From NCBI GenBank assembly GCA_030390025.1, contig CM059433.1:26476001-26540000 (forward strand): a DNA stretch of 64,000 nt, given 5' to 3'. Source of the stretch: Squalus acanthias. Lineage: Eukaryota. Numbering within the stretch: position 1 is the stretch's first letter; every line of letters starts with the position of its first letter. Below are positions 39,052 through 51,788 of this stretch, one piece after another. A program made the position numbers and the translations under genes. The notes under the pieces are model-generated. The model worked only from the letters and a program-made list of their open reading frames with translations. It had not been told where the DNA came from and searched no databases.

Positions 39052-40790
39052 TGTGAAATCGAGTGATGGTGTTGTAGGGGGTAGTGGTTTTGTGTCAGCT
39101 TTACCTCTGACTTCTGAACGGTTCGAATCGCTCCCACTCCCTTTGTTCTAGACCTTGGACTTATTTGGGGGTTGTGATACAAAAGGTGCAGCAGACAACT
39201 GAGTTTGATGAAAGAACTTCAATCTTTATTAAAAGGTAAGACACAAATAATAACACTCTTATCACTCTAAAGGTGGGGAACACTTCGGTACAAGCGAGGG
39301 AAATGACAGTAGAACAATACTTCACCCCTCCCAACCCCACTTTACTAGCTAAGTTAGGTTTTGAAGGACCAGGGATAATGCTCACCAATCCTTTGACAGT
39401 TGGGCTAAATCGCGGTTTTGGGGTTCGCTGTTTATGGCGGTTAGTGTCTGCCATACCCCGTACGCGATAGAGGACTTCACCTGGGTCTCTGGTCAGTCTT
39501 CACGAGTCCGCTGATGCGGTAGGATGTCGTTATGGATTTATCTGGTGAGTACCCAATTTCTTCAGTTGAGCAGTTGGGCTTAGAGTCTTTAGGGAAAATG
39601 TTACCCAGGGGTAAGTCAGGAGTAGTTTGTAGTGTGGAAACTTTGCGATTCTTTGGGTTTTCTTCCCTGGAGTTGGTCTTTGTTGGTCGCGGTGGCCTGC
39701 GATTACCCGGTCAGTTGGGGGTAATGCGCAATTGTTGGTTTCGTGAGGCCTTTGGTTTCCGCGATGGCTTTAGGCCTTGGTTGGTGTGTCGGTCGACCTC
39801 GTGGAGCCGTCGGTGACTTGTTGCTGCTTGTTGCTCCGGGTGACTGTGTTGGGGCCGTTGTTGGGGGTCCATCGCGGTGGTGTCTTCGCGAGCTGGACTC
39901 AGGTGTGTCTGAGTGGTGAGCGATGCTGACTCACTTCCAGCTCGGGCCTTCTTCTTCTTGGTCTCTCCACCTTCTGATGACCACCGGTTGCGACTGACTG
40001 CTCGACTCAACGAACGCTGGACTGTGTTGTTTCTCTCCTTTCTAGCTAGCTCTCCTTCCTGCTGTGTGCTTGGTGGGCCTTTAATTATACAGAATTGAAG
40101 TGGCCTTATCTACCCGCCAAATCTGTTCAGTTCATTGTCTAGTTTTGGCGGGCTCGTAAATCGGTAACGATTTACTAGCACGTTAACTGGGTTTTAACAG
40201 GCCTTCAATCTGACCCATTGAATATGGCCTTATCTACCCGCCAAATCTGTTCAGTTCATTGTCTGATTTGGCGGGCCTGCTACCAGTAACTGCTCTGTAA
40301 GTGTCAAATGGGTTTTTCGGATGGTTTGCATCCTGTCGATCTTCTTGGCTGATTGCTGGTGATTGGTTTTGGGTTTTGGGTTCCTAGGCTGATCTATAGC
40401 CTAGTCCTGGGTGCTCTGTATTATGCATGTTTCTTGATGGGCCCTGTAATCGGTTTGATGGGACCTATTGTTTTGGGTGGGACTGTCTTCTCCTAGGGTC
40501 TATTGTCAAAATGTTAATGCGTGCTGGGGCTTTGAGTGAGGTCATCCCGGTTCCCCAGACATTGCAATTAACTGCAATACCCAAAACTGCTTTTACAGAG
40601 GTTGCACCCAACTTCCTTCACAGCCTTTTCTCCCTTTACAGGCCCAGACATGTTTTTTTTTAAATGCCAAAACTTGGGTTTTGGTCTTATATTCCTTAGG
40701 TTAGGCCCAAATGCATTTTTATCACTCTGAGGTAGTTCCAAAGTCCTTTTACCTTTGGTTCTGGGGGTCTGTAAATTTTGGAAACCTTAC
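39052..40790 (-). mobile_element. Putative long solo LTR (~1.74 kb)
   Basis: TGT...ACA termini with flanks GGAG/GGTG; minus-strand TATAATTAA ~40081-40089 and AATAAA ~39225; internal 40-bp direct repeat at ~40101 and ~40225. Confidence 0.6.
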
Positions 40791-41682
40791 AGGTGTTTCT
40801 TCTTCTTCTTCTTCTTCTTCTTCACTCTCCTCTCCCTCTTCTTGGTCAACCATTGGCTGGGCAGGCTGGGGTGTGTGAAATGAGGAAGGCACAAGGGTAG
40901 GGTTGTGGTGAAGGGAAAGGGGGAAAGCAAGAGGTGCATGCTTACACCATGTGCAGCTTGTAAATCAGAAGCGATTATAGAATCAGGAGGAAGTGGGATG
41001 TGAGAATGAGGATAACATATGAGGATACTGACATCTTGTATTCTTTCAGCCCCACCGCTGGCCAAGAGTGCAGCCATGCACCTGCCAAGAATGGCCTGCA
41101 CCATCTCCTCCAAGGGGGTGCGGTGAAGCTAGGAATGTGAGGTGTGTCTCGTGTTTAGTAGAAATTGTTGGTAGGTGAGTGATGGATGGTGGGGAGGGTG
41201 GGAGACGTGCATTCAGCAGTGTGTGAGGCTAGTGGTGCAGTTGGTAGGAGACGGCTTTTGAAGATGCATTCACTGACCTTGACCAGTGGTCTGAGGTCAT
41301 GAAACTTCTTTGGGCGCTGGAGACAGGTCCTGGGGGGGTGGAAGGGGGCAACACTGCTGGCAGTGACCGCCTCGGCGATCTGGTCCCACAGCCTTCTTTC
41401 TGGAGGGCCTCCTGGCACCCTGTGGGTAGAGGATCTTTCTTCCAGTATTCACCCCCTGCACAAAGCTTGAGTGCTGCGTCCGAGACCCTGCGTGGCCTTT
41501 CCCTGGCATGTTGAGCCATATGTGATAGTGCTGAAGCACTTTCAGTATTTTTGATCAGCAGAAGGCAGCTCACCTTTAAGAGTTGCAGACTGCCTAGAGC
41601 TGAAGGAATTTTATATTTTTGTATCTGCAGAAGGCAGCTCACCTTTAAGAGCTAGACACTGCCTTGAAGAGCAGCAGGCTAC

Positions 41683-41759
41683 CTTTAAGTAAAGCTAGCC
41701 TCTTTAAGTAAAGCTAGCCTCTTTAGGTAAATCTAGCCTCTTTAAGTAACGCTAGCCTC
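41683..41759. repeat. 4 x 19-bp tandem repeat (ctttaagtaaagctagcct)
   Basis: Direct reading. Confidence 0.85.
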
Positions 41760-41908
41760 GCTCCAGCGACGTGAATTTCGGCCCTTTGCTAAGCACACAG
41801 CCTGTCAGCAGCGCCTTCCGTGCTAGGCTGTGCGCTACAATCATGGTAATTAGCAGGAGCCTGCCCCCTGCGCTTTTTGAACGGGCGTGGGCATACCTCG
41901 CATCGCTT

Positions 41909-42070
41909 CAGTTTAATGTCTCATCCAAAAGACGGAACCTCCTTCAGTGCAACACTCCCTCAGTACTGCACTAGAGTGTCAGCCTAGAATCTGCGCTCAA
42001 GTTCCTGGAGTGGGTGTTGAACCCACAACCTTGTGACTCAGAGGCAAAAGTGGTACCACTGAGACACCAC
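41909..42070 (-). mobile_element. Deu-domain SINE 5' part
   Basis: Reverse complement of the tRNA-like head. Confidence 0.8.
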
Positions 42071-42143
42071 AAAAGAGACAAGGAACATGTGTTAGTGTGG
42101 TTGGTGTTGAAATATTTCCACACACAATACAAAGGTCAATTCA

Positions 42144-42993
42144 TTTTTTTAAATTTGTTTCTGGGATGTGGGCAAGGCCAGCATTTATTGCCCATCCCTA
42201 GTTGTCCTTGAGAAAGTGGTGGTGAGCTGCCTTCTTGAACTGCTGCAGTCTGTGTGGTGAAGGTACTCCCACAGTGCTGTTAGGGAGGGAATTCCAGGAT
42301 TTTGACCCAGCAACGATGAAGGAACGACGATATATTTCCAAGTCAGAACTGCATGTGACTTGGAAGGGAACTTGGAGGTGGTGGTGTTCCCATGTTGCCC
42401 TTGTCCTTCTAGGTGGTAGAGGTCACGGGTTTTGGAGGTGCTACCAAAGAAGCCTTAGCAGTGACTCTCACCTCACCTTTGGAATTCAGCTCTTCTGTCC
42501 ATGTATGGACCAAGGCTGTAATGAGATCTGGAGCCGAGTGGTTCTGGCACAACCCAAACTGAGCATCGGTGAGCAGGGTATTGGTGAGTAAATGCCGCTT
42601 GATAGCACTGCTGACGACACCTTCCATCACTTTGCTGATGATTGAGAGTAGACTGGTGTGCTGGTGGTGGAGGGAGTGAATGTTTAAGGTAGTGGATGGG
42701 GTGCCAATCAAGCAGGCTGCTTTGTCCTGGATGGTGTCAAGCTTCTTGAGTGTTGTTGGAGCTGCACTCATCCAGGCAAGTGGAGAGTATTCCATCACAC
42801 TCCTGACTTGTGCCTTGTAGATGGTGGAAAGGCTTTGGGGAGTCAGGAGGTGAGATAGTCACTGCAGAATATCCAGCCTCTGACCCGCTCTTGTTGCCAC
42901 AGTATTTATGTGGCTGGTCCAGTTAAGTTTCTGGTCAATGGTGACCCCCAGGATGTTGAGGGTGGGGGATTCGGCGATGGTAATGCCGTTGAA
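42144..42993 (-). mobile_element. Rearranged, deleted poly(A)-tailed CR1/L2-group LINE
   Basis: ORF 42409..42798 RT pieces; same 3' UTR as the copy at 20640. Confidence 0.85.
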
Positions 42994-43300
42994 CACCATG
43001 GTGGTGCTGTGCAGACTGTGTTACTGAGTGAGTTTGAATGGGAAGCAATAAGAAGTTAAAGAGGATAATTGTAATGCTGGGCTGTCACCCATCTCTCCCT
43101 GGCCCACACACACTATTCCCTCAACACCCACAATTTGCATGGCTGCCTCCACACAGCAATTCAAAGATTGGCAGCACTACCACCATTTTGGTGTCTCTCT
43201 CTTTGTCATTGTGTACGCTTTCACCTCGATAAAGAGACAAAAGATAGACTTGCGGTATTTGGAATTAACATAGTGGCTCCCCAGTGCTCAGCCTACATAC

Positions 43301-43318
43301 CATGATGTTAATGGATGA
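43301..43318 (-). CDS. Candidate 18-nt microexon (SSINIM)
   Basis: Minus: ttactgaacattctgtag|TCATCCATTAACATCATG|gtatgt; TGCATG motif ~50 nt upstream. Confidence 0.4.
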
Positions 43319-43449
43319 CTACAGAATGTTCAGTAACAAAGTGGAATTCTGAATTGATGGCACAGCATGCAATAATTATGTTTGGCATTAGAAACCTTTG
43401 TCTGTACCAGCCATAAAACTTAAACTGAAGCATTACAGACACAAACCGT

Positions 43450-44645
43450 TGCTGTGCAATGTATGAAAGGTTGTCCTAATGCATCACATGCTCCATTGCC
43501 GATGCTGCAGCAAGTTCACGGCACATTGTTTGTGGCGTGCCGACTATGGGCACTCTCCTGCAATCACTGCACCACATTTCCTTCTCCTCATGCTCACGCA
43601 TTGGAATTATTAAAAACTTCACTTACCCACAATTCACATCTCACACACACACTGTCAGCTATTCAACCATGACAGCCACATTCTCCAAACACCTTCTGAA
43701 CACAGGTCCCTTTTTCTTGCAGGAGTAGGTGGCGCATCGCACCAGGAAACAGGCTGCACTGGGGAGGAAGGGCCTGCCTGCACACCTTCTTCCCCCTTGA
43801 AGAGAGCAGCCTGGCCATCATGGGAAGGGGCAGAGCGGAGGCCGTGGTCACTGGCGATGCTGGAGGAGACACCTTGCAGGGTTTCTGTATACCTGATCCT
43901 CTTTGTCTCTTCTGACTTCTCCGTCACCCCACACACTCTGCACGATGAGCTGCAGATGCTTTCAACACCTTATCCCTCTATTTCATTACAGCTCCTGAGA
44001 ATGTCGGCGCCCCTCAGTCAGTGTAGGAAGAGGAGTGCAATGTTCCTGAAGATGTGTCTATCTCTCGCAAGCACTAGCTCAGATACTGACACCGTGCAGA
44101 CTTTAGAGGCGAGACTAGAGGATGTATCTGCATGTGGTGACTTAGCGGGCACAAGTGCCTGGGCAGAGGGATAGGACGGCACAGGTGCCAACTCACCGGA
44201 GGACGAGGTTGCACACTAGTTCTGCTGCAGAGGACTCAGGTGCTGACTTTGAGGGACCAAGCTTCTGAAGAAAGCTTATGGCCATACAAGGAGAAATTCT
44301 TGGTGCACTGGGCAGTCTGCCAGAGAGCTTGCATACAATGTCGCAGAGCAAAAAGAAAGACTTGAAAGAAAGACTTGCATTTATATAGCGCCTTTCACAA
44401 CCACTGGACGTCTCAAAGTGCTTTACAGCCAACGAAGTACTTTTGAAGTGGAGTCACTGTTGTAATGTGCGAAAGCATGGAGAAGTCCAGCTCCAACTTG
44501 TCTCAAGGCTTTGCTCGGAGCATGGAGAAAATTCTGTCCAACATGGGCGGAGTGGTTAGTTCCATCAACATGACAGTGAAACCCACCATGATGCAATGTT
44601 TCATGACAACTCTGACAGCTTCCATCGCAGCACAAACTGCTCCCT
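43450..44645 (+). mobile_element. Harbinger Myb/SANT exon 2-3 remnant with a SINE tail inserted (44355-44465, minus)
   Basis: ttgcag|gag.aggtggcgcat exon 2 and ttacag| exon 3, colinear with other copies. Confidence 0.75.
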
Positions 44646-45504
44646 TTCGACAAAGTAAACTGTCCAGAGTGATAAAACACGCCAAGGCATGTCCAGAAGT
44701 TAACCAGCAGCCTGAAACGACAAACCAGCAACTAACTTGTAAGTTCTGCATGATGCCTTTAAATAGGGCTGGTGAGGGATCCTGCGATGTGTTGCTGGGT
44801 GAATCATGTGCTGGGACAGACCAAAATCGCAAGCAGGTCCTGCAAGAAGCACAGGACCATGATTTAAATAGTCTCTGCAGCTCTTTACATAATTCTGACG
44901 GGTGCTCCTAATGCCAACGGATTTGCCTACACCAATATGGCAGATGAGCACTTCCGGCTCATAATGGAGGCTTAAGAGGCCGATTATCACCTGAGAAATA
45001 GGCACTGGTCGGTCGAATATTAGGCCATGGAATCTACAAACCCAGACCAAATTTCTTAGCCATTCCACTTCTGGGATGAAACTAAAAACATTATCGACAT
45101 TTTAATATTTATCTGGCATATCAATACTATGGGAAGGTTAAATGGGCCTCAGTTTTTAGTTTATGAAGTAGGAGGTGGAAAAATCATGGCCTTAGGTCAT
45201 GGCGCACATTCCTTTATAAGCAGGTAATGGTTCACAATCTGCAGAATTATTTGAATATGTCTGTATGTTGTCCAGTATGAGTCAATTTGTCACTTCCAAG
45301 TACTCTTAACAAGTACATGATGGTCCGTTATGTGATATCCTGGTATTTGCTTGGGTCATTGTAAGGGCAGAGGCAAGAAATGGGAATGGAAAAAAATGGA
45401 ATATCATGAGGTCTATTGTACAGCAGATAAGCAGAAAAGCCAGAGTGTTAAGACTGTAGTTCATTAACAGGAATGCAGGCCTGTTATAAGATTGTAAAGG
45501 TGTA

Positions 45505-45865
45505 CAGCAACAACAGCAACTTGCATTTATATAGCGCATTTAATTTAGTAAAATGTCCCAAGACGCTTCACAGGAGCGTTATCAAACAAAATATGACACC
45601 GAGCCACATAACGAGATATTAGGACAGATACCGAAAGCTTGGTTGACGGTTTTAACGAGCGGCTTAAAGGAGGAGAGAGAGGTAGAGAGGCGGAGAGGTT
45701 TAGGGAGGGAATTTCAGAGCTTTGGGCCCAGGCAGCTGAAGGCACAGCCGCCAATGGTGGAGCGATTAAAATCGGGGCTGCACAAGAGGCCCGAATTGGA
45801 GGAGTGCAGAGATCTCTGAGGGCTTTAGGGCTGGGGGTGGTTACAAAGATAGGGAGGGGCAACGC
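45505..45865 (-). mobile_element. L2-clade LINE 3' fragment
   Basis: Near-identical to 841-1215. Confidence 0.85.
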
Positions 45866-47727
45866 CATGTATAACTGCATGGAATTTGTCCATAACCTTG
45901 AGCTAATAATCATGCACTCACTCGCTGCTCATTGAAGATTTTGGACTTTTTGATGCTTGCTCTTCAGGAGGGCTAAATAAAAGCCTATGGAACAGGAACT
46001 GCCAAGGCGACACTCGCCCGGGAACCATGAGATGGATAAAGGAATGGACTTGAAAACCATGGATTAGCAGGGCGAATACTTGATGAAAAGAGCCTGATGG
46101 ATTCAAGTATGAACAGTAAATGAAGGATAACTCATGTGTAGTCAGTACAACTGAGATAAAATTACAGGTAGACTAATTGGGATTGATAGCCTACCGAGGA
46201 ATGGGTCATTGTATGGAAACACCAATTAAGCAAAGGACCATGTTAACCTTGGCCAAAATCAAAAAGCGTGCTGGACTATTGCTAAACTTTACCAAGATTA
46301 AAAGGTATCTTGGATCTTGTTATTGCTTCAACTACCTGAGAAGGACACTGACTGCTAACAGTAAGAAATTTAAACAAGATTAAAGAAAGAGGAAAAACAA
46401 GTCCATTTATCGTTGTTCTGCCCAGTAACAGACTTTACAAAAAGATATGAAAACACAGGCTCACAACGATATTTAGGACATCACAACAAGCAATCATAGA
46501 AGAAGTTGTCAACAATAAATTAACCCCCACATCTCTCGAAACAGAGGAACTTTCGAGTTGCACTTCCCCGATAAGATTGAATGACATGTATATCTCAAAA
46601 ACTGTCCTGTCAATATAATTATATAGAGTGTTTAAAACCATTCCAAATTGTTTCAGTCTCAGTTGATTCTTACCTTTCATACCGGAAAGGGTTAAAAACC
46701 CAACATCAGACATTACTACTCACAATACTCCCCTTCCCCGCTTCCCTTCACTCTCCGACAATCACTACACCATATCTTCTTCTCATATTCATGCACTCCC
46801 CACTACTACAACCCTCACTTCCCCCACAACTCCATCTGGCACACTGCATGCCAGCTATTCTACCATGATAGACACATTCTCTAAACACCTCACAAGTCTG
46901 TCACTAACAAACTCCTTTCTTGCAAGAGAAGGTCGCACACAACGGGAAACAGATGGCTGCTAGCAGAGGAGGCCGAGTCTGCCTGCACACCATCTCCCCC
47001 CTCGAAGAAAGTGTGCTGGCCATCACAGGCAGGGGCAGAGTCATGACTGGCGAGTGGTAACACTGGAGGAGACGTTGCGAAGGGTTTCCTCCCATCCTAT
47101 CCTCTTTTTCCATTCTTACTTGTATCTCTCCGTACACACTCTGCATGACAAATTGCAGACGCTTTCACCAGCCACTTCTCTCTCTCTGCTCTTCCTTCAC
47201 ACTAAAAGCTAGCCCTTGTCCCTCTCAGGTACTGGAAATGTGTACACCCCTCTGCCAGTGGAGGAAGAGGAGACCAGCCTTCCTGATGATGCAGTGTCAC
47301 TCGATCTCACCCTCGCAAGCACCAGCTCAGAGACTGGCACCACGTGCACTTTAAAGGCTAGGCCAGAGGACGGGTCTTCACGTGGCGAATCACTGGGCAC
47401 AATTGTGCAGGAACTAGGGCAGGGGGAATAGAACTCCACAGGTACCAGTGGGGAGGGCACGATCACACACTAGCTCTGCTGCAGAGAACTCAGATGCTGT
47501 CTTTGAGGGTGCAGCCTACCAAAGTAGGCTGATGGACATACACCAGGAAATTCACTGAGAAGTCTGCTAGCAAGTTTATGCACAATGTTACAGAGCATGG
47601 AGGAGACCAGTCCTACTTGTGTCAAGGTTTGGTACTTGCGTACAGCATGGAGAGCTTTCTGTCCAACATGGACTGAGTAGTCAGCTCCATCAGTACCACA
47701 GTGGTGCTCACCACAATGGAGATCTAC

Positions 47728-49040
47728 AAGAGCGGGAGAATCTGCTGAGAGGAGCAGATATAAAGAGCGGAGAATCTGCTGAGAGGATCCGATACAAAGA
47801 GCGGAGAATCTGCCGAGAGGAGCGGATATAAAGAGCGGAGAATCTGCTGAGAGGAGCGGATATAAAGAGCGGAGAATCTGCCGAGAGGAGCGGATATAAA
47901 GAGCGGAGAATCTGCCGAGAGGAGCGGATATAAAGAGCGGAGAATCTGCCGATAGGAGCGGATATAAAGAGCGGAGAATCTGCCGAGAGGAGCGGATATA
48001 AAGAGCTGAGAATCTGCCGAGAGGAGCGGATATAAAGAGCGGGACAATCTGCTGAGAGGAGCGGATATAAAGAGTGGGGGAATCTGCTGAGAGGAGCGGA
48101 TATAAAGAGCGGGACAATCTGCTGAGAGGAGCGGATATAAAGAGTGGGGGAATCTGCCGAGAGGAGCGGATATAAAGAGCGGAGAATCTGCTGAGAGGAG
48201 CGGATATAAAGAGCGGAGAATCTGCTGAGAGGAGCGGATATAAAGAGCGGAGAATCTGCCGAGAGGAGCGGATATAAAGAGCGGAGAATCTGCTGAGAGG
48301 AGCGGATATAAAGAGCGGAGAATCTACTGAGAGGAGCGGATATAAAGAGCGGAGAATCTGCCGAGAGGAGCGGATATAAAGAGCGGGGGAATCTGCTGAG
48401 AGAAGCGGATATAAAGAGCGGGAGAATCTACTGAGAGGAGCGGATATAAAGAGCGGGAGAATCTGCTGAGAGAAGCGGATATAAAGAGCGGAGAATCTGC
48501 TGAGAGGAGCGGATATAAAGAGCGGGACAATCTGCTGAGAGAAGCGGATATAAAGAGTGGAGAATCTGCTGAGAGGAGCGGATATAAAGAGCGGAGAATC
48601 TGCTGAGAGGAGCGTATATAAAGAGCAGAGAATCTGCTGAGAGGAGCGGATATAAAGAGCGGAGAATCTGCTGAGAGGAGCGGATATAAAGAGCGGAGAA
48701 TCTGCTGAGAGGAGCGGATATAAAGAGCGGAGAATCTGCTGAGAGGAGCGGATATAAAGAGCGGAGAATCTGCTGAGAGGAGCGGATATAAAGAGCGGAG
48801 AATCTGCTGAGAGGAGCGGATATAAAGAGCGGAGAATCTGCCGAGAGGAGTGGATATAAAGAGCGGAGAATCTGCCGAGAGGAGCGGATATAAAGAGCAG
48901 AGAATCTGCTGAGAGGAGCGGATATAAAGAGCGGAGAATCTGCTGAGAGGAGCGGATATAAAGAGCGGGAGAATCTGCCGAGAGGAGCGGATATAAAGAG
49001 TGGAGAATCTGCTGAGAGGAGCTGATATAAAGAGCGGGAC
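47728..49040. repeat. Minisatellite, 34-35-bp unit AAGAGCGGAGAATCTGCTGAGAGGAGCGGATATA, ~38 copies
   Basis: Direct reading. Confidence 0.97.
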
Positions 49041-50722
49041 ACAGAGGACCTGAGCGACGATTAAAAAAAAACAAGGAGTGACGTCACAGGACAGCAGGTA
49101 GGTGATTGGTGGGTGGGTAGTACAGTTTTTTCTTTAAACTAAGAGCTGGGGAACTATAACTATTACGTTATTAAATATTAATTTAATTAGATAAACTAAA
49201 TAATTATTATAACTATAAATAATCGTTTGATTAAAAACTTTAACTTACTAAATAAGCAAATAAATAAAGTCTAGAGATGGCAGTGCAGGCTATGTGTCGG
49301 GACTGTAGTATGTGGGAGTCTGTGGACAGTGAGACTGTCCCAGATTCCCACATCTGCAGGAAATGTCTCTGCCTTCAGTCACTCCGGCTCAGAGTCATTG
49401 AGCTGGAGTGTGAGTTAGAGACACTCCGAAACATAAGGGAGGAGGAGGAATTTCTGGATAGTTTTATCCAGAATACAGTCACACCCCAGAGGAAAGCACA
49501 GGTTCAGGAAAGGAGGGTGTAACTGTTAGGGAGCCGGGTAGCGGGGACTTAGAAGAGGTTGAGAAGGAGGTCCCGCAGACACTAGTCCTGTCCAACAGGT
49601 ACAATGTACTCACTACCTGTGAGGACAAGGAGAAAGACTACGGGGAAGACAGCCACAATGCAGACCAAGGCACCGTGGCTCAGAAGGCTGTCCAAGGGGG
49701 GGAAGAGCAGAATAGAAATGTGGTAGTGATAGGGGACTCTATAATTAGGGGGATAGATAGCCTGCCCTGCAGCCAAGAATGAGAATCCCGAAGGGTGTGT
49801 TGCCTACCTGGTGCCAGGGTAAGGGATATCGCGAGGCGGCTGGAGAGGAATTTGGAAAGGGAGGGGGGAAATCCAATTATCATGGTCCATGTTGGAACAA
49901 ATGACTTAGGTAGGAACAGGGAGGAGGTCCTGCTGAAGGAGTATCAGGAGTTAGTCGCGAAATTAAAAAGCAGGACCTCGAGGGTAGTAATCTCTGGATT
50001 ATTGCCCGAGCCACGTGCAAATTGACATAGAAACAGACAGATCAGGAGAATTAACACATGGCTAAAGGGCTGGTGTGGGAAGGAGGGGTTCCTTTTCATG
50101 GGACAGTGGCACCAGTACTGGGACAGGAAGGAGCTGTACCGATGGGACAGGCTCCACCTGAACCGGGATGGGTCCTGTGTCCTAGCGGAAAGGGTAAATA
50201 GGGAGGTGGCAAAGGCTTTAAACTAGTAAGATGGGGGGAGAGATCTACAAGAAATGAAACCAGACTAAATCTAAACAAAACAGGAAAGGAGAGCATAGGA
50301 AAGAGTAAAAGAGGGAGGACATTGATGGCCAAGGAATAAATAGAGTTATAGAACAGGAGTTTAAAAAGATGGTTAAAAATAAAGTGAAGGGAACTGGTAT
50401 TAAAAATGAGTTAATCTGTCTACAGCAATGCACACAGTGTCCGTAATAAAACAGGGTGACTGGTGGCAATCATGCGTTGGGAGGAACCAGACATAGTTGG
50501 GATTGCTGAGACATGGCTACAGAAAAATCAGGATTTGGAATTAAACATTGCAGGGTATAACATATTTAGAAAAGATAGAGAGGGGAAAAGGGGAGTTGGA
50601 GTAGCTGTACTTATTAGGGATAACATAATGGCTGTAGAAAAAAGTGACGCAGCTGTCAGCAAGACAGAAATAGAATTCATGTGGATAGAGATAAAAGATA
50701 ACAAAGGATCAATCACACTAAT

Positions 50723-51788
50723 GTTCTTCTTAGGCAGTCCCTCGGAACCGAGGATGACTTGCTTCCACACTAAAAATGAGTTCTCAGGTGACTGATGAGT
50801 CCAATGCGGGACCTACAGTCTCTGTCACAGGTGGGGCAGACGGTGGTTGAAGGGGTGGGTGGGTGGGGTGCTTGGGTTGACGTGCGCTCCTTCCGTTGTT
50901 TGCACTTGGCTTCCGCTCGCTCCCGGCGAAGAGACTCGAGGTGTTCGCCGCTTTCACGGATGCTTCTCCTCCACTTTGTGTGGTCTTGGGCCAGGGATTC
51001 CCAGGTGTCGATGGGGATGTTGCACTTTTTCAAGGAGGCTTTGAGGGTGTCCTTGAAGCGTTTCCTCTGCCCACCTGGGGCTCTCTTGCCGTGTCGGAGC
51101 TCCAAGTAGAGCGCTTGTTTTGGGAGTCTCGTATCGGGCATGCGGACGATGTGGCCCATCCATCGGAGCTGATCGAGCGTGGTCAAAGCTTCGATGCTGG
51201 GGATGTTGGCCTGAGCAAGAACACTGAAGTTGGTGCACCTATCCTGCCAATGGATTTGCAGGATCTTGTGGAGCCAGCGTTGGTGGTACCTCTCCAGTGC
51301 TTTGAGGTGCCTGCTGTACATGGTCCATGTCTCTGAAGCATACAGGAGGGCGGGTATCACTACTGTTCTGGTGCTGGGTTTGAGGTCCTGGTCTTCAAAC
51401 ACTCTCTTCCTCAGGTGACCGAAGGCTGCACTGGCACACTGAAGGCGGTGTTGGACTTCATCATCGACGTCTGCCCTTGTTGACAGTAGGCTCCCAAGGT
51501 ATGGAAAGTGGTCCATGTTGTCCAAGGCCTCGTCATGGAATTAGATAATCGGGGAGCAGTACTATGTGGCGAGAGCAGGCTGGTAGAGGACCTTTGTCTT
51601 ACGGATGTTTAGTGTAAGTCCCATGCTCTCGTACGCTTCGGTGAAGGTGTTGACGATGGTTTGGAGTTCGACCTCAGAGTGTGCGCAGACACAAGCGTCG
51701 TCTGCATACTGTAATTCGATGACAGAGGATGGGACGACCTTGGATCTGGACTGGAGACGACGGAGGTTGAACAGTTTCGCGTATGTTC
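50723..51788 (-). mobile_element. RTE-clade LINE, 5'-truncated, inside CR1 ORF2
   Basis: ELQYADD, FPYLGS, QLRWMGHIVRMPD and C-terminal zinc knuckle; same family as 36958-37650. Confidence 0.93.

Larger units (their letters stand above)
38205..41900 (-). mobile_element. Harbinger remnant (deleted transposase, Myb gene on minus) with LTR insertion
   Basis: MAQHARERPRRVSDAAL at ~41518 (minus), KKFHDL..LVK|gtcagt; 38700-39040 is similar to 29390-29720. Confidence 0.75.

Noticed and set aside
47728..49040. CRISPR-like array
   Set aside because: Units are head-to-tail with no unique spacers, there are no cas genes, and the context is eukaryotic.
47470..49074. 534-aa ORF and overlapping repetitive ORFs
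   Set aside because: Artefact of the stop-poor minus strand of the 34-bp minisatellite; the same peptide appears in all frames.
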